A stretch of 32,000 nt of DNA, from contig LT962688.1 in NCBI GenBank assembly GCA_900234795.1, positions 4,140,001-4,172,000 of the forward strand, in the 5' to 3' direction. The notes below the pieces were generated by a model. That model was given only the letters and a program-made list of their open reading frames with translations. It made no database searches and was not told where the DNA came from. The position numbers and the translations under genes were made by a program. The stretch's first letter is position 1, and each line of letters begins with the position of its first letter. This document shows, piece by piece, positions 18,846 to 25,517 of the stretch. This stretch comes from Methylorubrum extorquens (lineage in GTDB: Bacteria; Pseudomonadota; Alphaproteobacteria; Rhizobiales; Beijerinckiaceae).

Positions 18846-19706
18846 TTAGGCGGCTGCGGCGGGCGGGGGCGCCCGGCCCTCGCGTTGGATCACTTCGGAA
18901 GCGAGCCGCAGATAGGCCTGCGAGCCGGCGCATTTGAGATCGTAGAGCAGCACCGGCTTGCCGTGCGAGGGGGCCTCCGAGACGCGCACGTTGCGCGGGA
19001 TCATCGTCTCGTAGACCTTGTCGCCCATGAAGCCGCGGACATCGGCGACCACCTGGGTCGAGAGGTTGTTGCGCGGGTCGTACATGGTCAGCACGACGCC
19101 CTGGATCTGGAGCTTGGGGTTCAGGGCTCCGCGAACCTGCTCGACGGTGCGGAGCAACTGGCTCAATCCTTCGAGGGCGAAGAACTCGCATTGCAGCGGC
19201 ACCATCACCGCGTCGGCAGCGGCGAGGGCGTTGATGGTAAGCAGGTTGAGCGAGGGCGGGCAGTCGATCAGCACGTAACTGATCGGTTCGATCCCCTCCG
19301 GCATGGTGAGGTCGCGCAGGATGTTGCGCAGGCGGTGGGCCCGGTCGGAGGCGCTCGCCAGTTCGAGTTCGAGGCCGAGCAGGTCCATCGTCGAGGGGGC
19401 GACCGAGAGGCGCGGCACCGCAGTCGGCGTGATGGCGTCCACCAGCGGGGCCTCGCCGGCCATGACATGATAGGTCGAGACCTTGCGGCGACGGCGATCG
19501 ATGCCGAGACCGGTCGAGGCGTTGCCCTGCGGATCGAGGTCGATCACCAGCACCTGCTCGCCGATGGCGGCCAGCGCCGTGCCGAGATTGATCGCCGTCG
19601 TGGTTTTGCCGACACCGCCCTTCTGGTTGGCGAGCGCGAGCACGCGCAGCGGTTTGGGATGAGCAGGAGCAACCTGCGTCGGTGAGGCCGTGGATGAGTC
19701 GGTCAT
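18846..19706 (-). CDS. parA: Chromosome partitioning ATPase ParA
   Basis: The deviant Walker A motif LANQKGGVGKTTT is present, along with VLVIDLDPQGNAS and DCPPSL. The start ATG at 19706 overlaps the rsmG stop codon (ATGA). Confidence 0.95.
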   Translation of the reverse strand: MTDSSTASPTQVAPAHPKPLRVLALANQKGGVGKTTTAINLGTALAAIGEQVLVIDLDPQGNASTGLGIDRRRRKVSTYHVMAGEAPLVDAITPTAVPRLSVAPSTMDLLGLELELASASDRAHRLRNILRDLTMPEGIEPISYVLIDCPPSLNLLTINALAAADAVMVPLQCEFFALEGLSQLLRTVEQVRGALNPKLQIQGVVLTMYDPRNNLSTQVVADVRGFMGDKVYETMIPRNVRVSEAPSHGKPVLLYDLKCAGSQAYLRLASEVIQREGRAPPPAAAA

Positions 19707-20338
19707 GGGTCCACGCGGGAAAGCGACGTGACGCGCACGATCCGTGCCTGCGAGTCGGTGCGGCTCGGAATCAGGTCGCGGGTGAATGTCCACTCATCCT
19801 CGGCCTCGGTCAATTCCGTGGCTGCATCACGTCCCTTCGGAAACAGCCCGATGGTGCCGCTTGTCAACAAAGGTTCGGTCCAGGCGAGCAGTTGCGAGAG
19901 CGGGGCGAGGGCACGGGCGCAGACGATCTCGGTGTCGGTGAGGGTGCCGATCACCGCTTCGATGCGCGCATTGTGGACAGTGACCGGAGCCCCGGTGAGG
20001 CGCGCCGTCTCGGAGAGGAAGGCGCATTTGCGCGCGTTGCTCTCGACGAGACGGACGTGAAAGCCCGGCCGTTCCTTACCGGCTAGGGCGAGGATGAGAC
20101 CGGGGATGCCGGCACCCGATCCGAGATCGAGCCAGCGGGTCGCCTCGGGGGCGATGCTGAGAAGCTGGAGGGCGTCGGCAATGTGCCGGTGCCAGACCTC
20201 CTTCAGCGTTGCGGGGCCGACGAGGTTTTTGACGGTCTGCCAGCGGGTGAGCTGTGCAACGTAGAGATCAAGAGACGCGGCTGTTTCACGTGAAACATGA
20301 TGCTCGCTGAGGACGCGTGTGCGCAGATCAGTGCTCAT
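19703..20338 (-). CDS. rsmG: 16S rRNA (guanine527-N7)-methyltransferase
   Basis: Motifs seen are VSRET...WQTVKNLV and the SAM motif WLDLGSGAGIPGLILA, plus VESNARKCAFL. The start at 20338 gives MSTDLRTRV. Confidence 0.9.
   Translation of the reverse strand: MSTDLRTRVLSEHHVSRETAASLDLYVAQLTRWQTVKNLVGPATLKEVWHRHIADALQLLSIAPEATRWLDLGSGAGIPGLILALAGKERPGFHVRLVESNARKCAFLSETARLTGAPVTVHNARIEAVIGTLTDTEIVCARALAPLSQLLAWTEPLLTSGTIGLFPKGRDAATELTEAEDEWTFTRDLIPSRTDSQARIVRVTSLSRVDP
20282..20297. other. parS: parS centromere-like site, perfect consensus TGTTTCACGTGAAACA
   Basis: This is an exact 16/16 match to the canonical parS palindrome. It lies inside rsmG, where GTT TCA CGT GAA ACA encodes V-S-R-E-T. Confidence 0.85.
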
Positions 20339-20372
20339 TCTGCCGTCCTCGGGTCGGGGCAGGCCGGCCTTC

Positions 20373-22247
20373 TCATGCCGACGCCTGAACCCGGCCTCGG
20401 CGGGCATGGGCCGCGAGCAGGGTCAGGGCGGCCGGTGTCACGCCCTCGATGCGCGCGGCCTGCCCCAAAGTGGTCGGGCGCACGCCGTCGAGCTTCACCC
20501 GCATTTCGTTCGAAAGGCCGGCGATGGCGCTGTAGTCGAGGGAGGTCGGCAGGCGCACCGCCTCGTCGCGGCGGAAGGCCGTGATGTCGGCCTGTTGTCG
20601 ATTGAGATAGACGGCGTAGGTCGCGTCCGTCCGGAGGCGCTCCGCGACCCGCGAGGGCACCGCTGCCAGTTCGGGCCAGACCGCCGCAAGCCGGTCCCAG
20701 CCGATTTCCGGATAGGACAGGATCTGGAAGGCGCTGCGGCGCAGGCCGTCATGGTTGAGGGCAAGGCCGTGCTGGGCCGCTTCATTCGGGGTGAGGCTCA
20801 GGGTATCGAGCCGGGCGCGTGCCTCGGACAAAGCGGCCTGGGACGCTGCGAAATGCGCGGCCCGCACCGAGCCGACACAGCCGAGAGCTGCGCCGCGGGG
20901 CGTGAGGCGCTCGTCGGCATTATCGACGCGCAAGCTCAGGCGGTACTCCGAGCGGGAGGTGAACATGCGGTAGGGCTCGCTCACCCCGTGGGTGACGAGG
21001 TCATCGATCATCACGCCGAGATAGGATTCGGCCCGGTCGAAGATCGCGAGATCGGAGCCGCCCGCCAGCCGGGCCGCGTTGAGGCCGGCGACAAGCCCCT
21101 GCCCTGCCGCTTCCTCGTATCCGGTGGTGCCGTTGATCTGGCCTGCCAGGAACAGGCCCGGCAGACGTTTGGTCTGGAGCGTCGCGTCGAGTTCGCGGGG
21201 ATCGACGTAATCGTACTCAATGGCGTAGCCGGGACGCAGGATGCGGGTCCGCTCCAGCCCGGGGATGGCGGCGATGATGCCTGCCTGAACCTCTTCGGGA
21301 AGAGCCGTCGAGATGCCATTCGGGTAGACGGTCGGATCGTCGAGACCCTCCGGCTCCAGGAAGATCTGGTGGCCCTCGCGGTCGCCGAAGCGCACGACCT
21401 TGTCCTCGATCGAGGGACAATAGCGCGGGCCGCGGCTGCTGATGCCGCCGGAATACATCGGTGAGCGGTGGAGGTTGGCCCGGATCAGGTCGTGCACCGC
21501 CTGGGTCGTGCGGGTGATGCCGCAGGCGATCTGCGGCGTGGTGATCCGCTCGGTCAGGGTCGAGAACGGCACGGGCTCCGCGTCTGCGTGCTGCATCTCC
21601 AGCGCTGCCCAATCGATCGTGCGTCCATCGAGGCGCGGCGGCGTGCCGGTCTTCAGGCGGCCGAGGCGGAAGTCGTGCCGGTCGAGCGTGCGCGCCAGCC
21701 CCACGGCAGGCTCTTCGCCGACGCGGCCGGCGGGGATCTGCCGCTCGCCGATATGGATGAGGCCGCGCAGGAAGGTGCCCGTGGTGATGACGACGGCCGC
21801 CGCGGTGAGCGCGCGCCCGTCCGTAAGCGTCACGCCCGCCACACGGCCTGAATGCACCGTCAGGTCGTCGGCCTCGCCCTCGATCACGGTGAGTTCCGGG
21901 GTCTCCGCGACCGCCGCCTGCATGGCTCGGGCGTAGAGCGCCCGGTCGGCCTGGGTGCGCGGGCCGCGCACGGCCGGGCCCTTGCGGCGATTGAGCAGGC
22001 GGAACTGGATGCCGGCGGCGTCCGCGACACGGCCCATCAGCCCGTCAAGGGCGTCCACCTCGCGCACGAGATGGCCCTTGCCGAGGCCGCCGATGGCCGG
22101 GTTGCACGACATCGCGCCGATGGTGGCCGCCCGGTGCGTCACCAAAGCGGTGCGGGCGCCGACGCGCGCGGCTGCCGCGGCCGCCTCGACACCGGCATGG
22201 CCGCCGCCGACGACGATAACGTCGTAACTGAAAGAATGGGCGTGCAT
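20373..22247 (-). CDS. mnmG: tRNA uridine-5-carboxymethylaminomethyl modification enzyme MnmG
   Basis: Motifs seen are [50 protein letters not shown] and [17 protein letters not shown]. The product is a full-length 624 aa. Confidence 0.97.
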   Translation of the reverse strand: MHAHSFSYDVIVVGGGHAGVEAAAAAARVGARTALVTHRAATIGAMSCNPAIGGLGKGHLVREVDALDGLMGRVADAAGIQFRLLNRRKGPAVRGPRTQADRALYARAMQAAVAETPELTVIEGEADDLTVHSGRVAGVTLTDGRALTAAAVVITTGTFLRGLIHIGERQIPAGRVGEEPAVGLARTLDRHDFRLGRLKTGTPPRLDGRTIDWAALEMQHADAEPVPFSTLTERITTPQIACGITRTTQAVHDLIRANLHRSPMYSGGISSRGPRYCPSIEDKVVRFGDREGHQIFLEPEGLDDPTVYPNGISTALPEEVQAGIIAAIPGLERTRILRPGYAIEYDYVDPRELDATLQTKRLPGLFLAGQINGTTGYEEAAGQGLVAGLNAARLAGGSDLAIFDRAESYLGVMIDDLVTHGVSEPYRMFTSRSEYRLSLRVDNADERLTPRGAALGCVGSVRAAHFAASQAALSEARARLDTLSLTPNEAAQHGLALNHDGLRRSAFQILSYPEIGWDRLAAVWPELAAVPSRVAERLRTDATYAVYLNRQQADITAFRRDEAVRLPTSLDYSAIAGLSNEMRVKLDGVRPTTLGQAARIEGVTPAALTLLAAHARRGRVQASA

Positions 22248-22349
22248 GACCCGTGCTTATGCGCGCGCCATCAGCGAGGTCAACGCAGACCCGCCTCATC
22301 GCCTAGTTTGGCGAGGGCTCGGAGCCTTCGGCCCTGCCCGCTTTTCCGA

Positions 22350-22358
22350 TGTCGGTCC
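22350..22358. repeat. Left copy of the 9-bp direct repeat TGTCGGTCC flanking the inserted module
   Basis: An identical 9-mer recurs at 24084..24092. Together the two copies bracket 22359..24083. Confidence 0.5.
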
Positions 22359-22420
22359 TGCAAAACGCTCCGGTTGCCGCTCAAGCCTGATGGCCGGCGA
22401 AGCGCTTTGTGCGGTTCAGG

Positions 22421-22687
22421 TCAGGCGGCCGACCGGGATGGCTCCGAGGCGGTCGAGGCAAGGGAAGGGCGTATCTGGAGGTCGATGCGGAAGGCCGAGG
22501 ACGTCGCCTCTTCGATCACTTCCAGGGACCACGTATCCCCCAGGGTCAACCGATGGCCCGATTCCTTGAGCAGCGAACCGGCATAGTGGACGGCTGCGCA
22601 CAGGGCCGCGTCCAGATCGGCGCATTCGACCCCGTCGTCATCCACGATGCCGAGGCCGTCGTGCACGTTGAAGAAGTACCTTGGCAT
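22421..22687 (-). CDS. DUF6894-like small protein
   Basis: It starts MPRYFFNVHDGLGIVDDDGVECADLDAALCAAVHYAGSLLKE. That is the characteristic MPRYFF-x-V/I-x-DG...D-x-G-x-E N-terminus of this small-protein family, which is common in Methylobacterium and Bradyrhizobium. The upstream 30 codons of the ORF-track entry lie in AT-rich spacer and were excluded. Confidence 0.65.
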   Translation of the reverse strand: MPRYFFNVHDGLGIVDDDGVECADLDAALCAAVHYAGSLLKESGHRLTLGDTWSLEVIEEATSSAFRIDLQIRPSLASTASEPSRSAA

Positions 22688-22699
22688 GTCGCATTCGGT

Positions 22700-22935
22700 C
22701 ATTGAGCCTAAAGACAAGCAATGATGCCTGATGGCTCGACGCGAATAAAGACTCTGCTCAGCATTTTTTTTGAGCATTTTGTGCTCATATGGCGCAATGA
22801 CAATCTACGCATTTCCAGAAACTGGTCTATTTCTCTCACGATTGGAATAATATGTTACAGCATTTAAGCAAAATAGTTCGCTGCGTATCGCCGGCAATAA
22901 AGTTGCGCAAAATGAAGATATGCGGGGACGAGCAT
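22700..22935. promoter_or_regulatory. AT-rich divergent control region with three TGCTCA/TGAGCA hexamers and a T8 tract
   Basis: This stretch is much more AT-rich than anything else in the window. TGCTCA is at 22755..22760, T8 at 22764..22771, TGAGCA at 22771..22776 and TGCTCA at 22782..22787. It lies between the divergent DUF6894 and PAS-XRE genes. Confidence 0.5.
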
Positions 22936-23055
22936 TCAGTCCGTCGGTCGGGATAGCGGGCGGTTCTCGCAGATCAGCCCGGTTCCCCGGTGAGAGGTGA
23001 GCAAAAATCGCTCAGGCCCTTCCGTATCGCGCAGCCTTCCGGCATCGACCCATCG

Positions 23056-24078
23056 ATGAACGCGGCGGATCTCAGCTTCACCTCGTCCGACTTCCTCCGG
23101 CTTCTGGAAGGTCTTGGCCTCACCGGTAGCTGGGGCTGGACGCTTGCAACGGGGGACCAAGTTTGGTCGCCCGGCCTCTTCCGCCTGCTCGGGCTTGAGG
23201 TCGGCGAGGTCACACCGAGCTATGAACGGCTGATCCAGTTCGTACACCCGGAGGATCGGGACCGGCTCGAGCGAGCGGATGACGTCAGACGCGACGGTTT
23301 GCTCGGCACGCACACGGTCCGTGTGCTGCGCCCCGACGGGGCCCTGCGGATCCTGAACCTTCAGGGCACCGTCTATCACACGCCCGAAGGCCGCCCGCGC
23401 GCGGCGGCCGGCATCGTGCTGGATGTGACGGATCGCGAGCAGATCGCGGCGGCGTTGCGCATGGAGCGCCGTCGCCGATGGGCCCTGTTCGAGGTGCTGC
23501 AATCCTGGTCCAATGCCGCGCTCTATGTCGGCGGGCAGCGGACAGCGTCGCCCGAGATCCTCAGTCTGACCGGTGTGAGCGCGGAGGTGTTCAGGGCCGA
23601 TTGCGACCGGATCGTCGCCCCGGACGACCGCGCCCGCATGCGAGCCCACATTCAGGCCATGATCGCCGAGGGGAAGTCGTTCGAGGTCTCGAAGCGCCTG
23701 CTCTTGGCGGATGGCGACCAGGGCGCGTTCCGCTTTCTTTACACCCCCGTTCGCGACGCCGCGGGGCGCACCGAGACCTGGGCGACCTACGCCTCGCGGC
23801 TCGGTGGCCCAAAGGCTCCTGTCATCGATCCGGTGCGCCGAGGGCTGGTGCAGGGCATCGATGGCAGCCATTTGCGGGCGGCGCGGGCGCTGCTCGGCTG
23901 GTCGATGCAGGATCTGGCTCAGGCGGGCGGGCTGTCCTTCGCCACCGTCCGCCGCCTCGAAGAGAATGCCGGTGGGCGTCGAGCCCACAGCCATGAGAGG
24001 GCCGTCGCCGCGCTTCAGAAGGGCGGGATCGGCTTTCAGATCGTCGAGGGCAACCGGATCGCGCTGTTCCGGCGCTGA
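23056..24078 (+). CDS. PAS-PAS sensor fused to a C-terminal XRE-family HTH (transcriptional regulator)
   Basis: The first PAS is PAS_3-like (GSWGWTLATGDQVWSPGLFRLLG...FVHPEDRDRL...RVLRPDGALR...GIVLDVTDRE). A second, degenerate PAS follows (IVAPDDRARMRAHIQAMIAEGKSFEV...FRFLYTPVRDAAGR). The HTH is LRAARALLGWSMQDLAQAGGLSFATVRRLEEN. An alternative GTG start is at 22990. Confidence 0.7.
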   Translation: MNAADLSFTSSDFLRLLEGLGLTGSWGWTLATGDQVWSPGLFRLLGLEVGEVTPSYERLIQFVHPEDRDRLERADDVRRDGLLGTHTVRVLRPDGALRILNLQGTVYHTPEGRPRAAAGIVLDVTDREQIAAALRMERRRRWALFEVLQSWSNAALYVGGQRTASPEILSLTGVSAEVFRADCDRIVAPDDRARMRAHIQAMIAEGKSFEVSKRLLLADGDQGAFRFLYTPVRDAAGRTETWATYASRLGGPKAPVIDPVRRGLVQGIDGSHLRAARALLGWSMQDLAQAGGLSFATVRRLEENAGGRRAHSHERAVAALQKGGIGFQIVEGNRIALFRR

Positions 24079-24083
24079 GCCCT

Positions 24084-24092
24084 GTCGGTCCC
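24084..24092. repeat. Right copy of the 9-bp direct repeat TGTCGGTCC
   Basis: It sits in the 14-bp gap between the PAS-XRE stop codon (24078) and the mnmE stop codon (24093). It is identical to 22350..22358. Confidence 0.5.
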
Positions 24093-25427
24093 TTATTTGC
24101 CGATGCAGAAGCCGGCGAAGAGGCGGTCCAGCATCTCCTCGACGCCGACATGCCCCCCGACCTCGCCCAGCGCCCGGACGGCGAGCCGGAGATCCTCCGC
24201 CACCAGTTCCGGCGGGAAGCCGGCCGATGCGGTGGCGACGCGGTCGAGATGCGCCGCGGCCCGGGACAAAGCCTCGCGATGACGCTCACGGGTGACGAGG
24301 GCGTCGCCCTGACCGAGGGCAGTTTGGGCCGCGGCCTGGATGGCATCCAACAGCGCATCGAGCCCGGCCCCCGTGACGGCCGAGATGGCGAGGCCGCCCT
24401 CCCCCGGCACCTCCGGCGCGAGGTCGGTTTTCGTGCGAACGAGAAGGACCGGGACGTCTGCAAAGCGCCCCGCGTCGGTCTCGCCGTTCGCCGGCACGAG
24501 ATGGAGCACGAGGTCGGCGCTGCGGATCCGGCTTTGCGTACGCTTGACGCCCTCCGCCTCGATCGCATCCGCCGTCTCGCGCAGGCCCGCGGTATCGACC
24601 AGCACGACCGGTAGCCCGCCAAGATCGCAGCGCACCTCGATGGCATCGCGGGTCGTGCCGGGAATATCGGAAACGATGGCCGCGTCGCGCCCGCTCAGCG
24701 CATTGAGCAGGGTCGATTTTCCGGCATTGGGAGCGCCCGCCAGCACGACGCAAAAACCCTCGCGCAGGCGCTCGCCCCGGCGCCCGTCGGCCAGCGCGTC
24801 TTGGATCGCATCGCGCAAGGCTGTGGCGCGGCCGGACAGGGCGGCGTCGAGGCTGGCGTCATCGACATCGCCTTCATCGGCAAAATCGAGGGCCGCTTCT
24901 GCTCCGGCGAGCAGATCGATGCCGGTCTCGCGCCATGCCGCGACCTGACGGCCGAGGGCGCCGTCGAGCTGACGCAGGGCCTGGACACGCTGCGCTTCGG
25001 TCTCGGCGTCGATGAGGTCGGCGATCCCCTCCGCCTCGGTCAGGTCGATCCGGCCGTTGAGGAAGGCGCGGCGGCTGAATGCTCCGGCCTCCGCCAGCCG
25101 GCAACCCGGCACACCTGAGAGCGCCCGCAGCACGGCGGACCGCACGGCGAGGCCCCCATGCAGGTGCAGCTCGGCCATGTCCTCGCCGGTGGCGGTGGCA
25201 GGGCCCGGCAGCCATGCCACGAGGGCCTGATCGAGGATGTCGCGGGAGTCAGGGTCGCGCAGGCGGCGCAGGGAGAGACGGCGCGGCTCCGGGCGCCCGC
25301 CGGCCAGCCGGTCGAGCGCAAGCCCCGCCGCCGGCCCGCTGATGCGCACCACCGTCACCGCCGCACGGCCGAAGCCGCTCGCCGGGGCGAAGATGGTGTC
25401 GTCGCGGTCGGGAAGGGGTTGGGGCAT
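24093..25427 (-). CDS. mnmE: tRNA modification GTPase MnmE
   Basis: Motifs seen are TIFAPASGFGRAAVTVVRISG, the G1 motif GAPNAGKSTLLNAL, the G3 motif DTAGLRE, and the C-terminal FCIGK. The start at 25427 gives MPQPLPDRDD. Confidence 0.95.
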   Translation of the reverse strand: MPQPLPDRDDTIFAPASGFGRAAVTVVRISGPAAGLALDRLAGGRPEPRRLSLRRLRDPDSRDILDQALVAWLPGPATATGEDMAELHLHGGLAVRSAVLRALSGVPGCRLAEAGAFSRRAFLNGRIDLTEAEGIADLIDAETEAQRVQALRQLDGALGRQVAAWRETGIDLLAGAEAALDFADEGDVDDASLDAALSGRATALRDAIQDALADGRRGERLREGFCVVLAGAPNAGKSTLLNALSGRDAAIVSDIPGTTRDAIEVRCDLGGLPVVLVDTAGLRETADAIEAEGVKRTQSRIRSADLVLHLVPANGETDAGRFADVPVLLVRTKTDLAPEVPGEGGLAISAVTGAGLDALLDAIQAAAQTALGQGDALVTRERHREALSRAAAHLDRVATASAGFPPELVAEDLRLAVRALGEVGGHVGVEEMLDRLFAGFCIGK

Positions 25428-25517
25428 GGTGCTGAACGCTGTCCCGCCGCCGCGCCTCATTCCTCTTGCGGGGGAGAGACGCGGCAGCCGCGAGACCTGT
25501 TTTATGCGAGAGGCCGG

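Noticed and set aside
22755-22787. The TGCTCA/TGAGCA hairpins next to the T8 tract, considered as a Rho-independent terminator.
   Set aside because: On the plus strand the T-run lies inside the loop and does not follow a stable stem. On the minus strand the stem is followed by A8 and not by U8. The stems are only 6 bp and AT/GC mixed. Protein binding sites are the better explanation.
22852-22953. A 33-codon ORF (MLQHLSKIVRCVSPAIKLRKMKICGDEHSVRRSG) inside the AT-rich spacer.
   Set aside because: It has no RBS and no recognisable family, and its codon composition is unlike the rest of the window. It is more likely non-coding promoter DNA. It could only be rescued by ribosome profiling or conservation evidence.
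25428-25517. Shared inverted sequence at the two proposed inversion breakpoints (15960..16257 versus 25428..25517).
   Set aside because: Only a 7-mer (TGACCGG) is shared in inverted orientation, which is not distinguishable from chance. The inversion hypothesis therefore rests on gene order alone.
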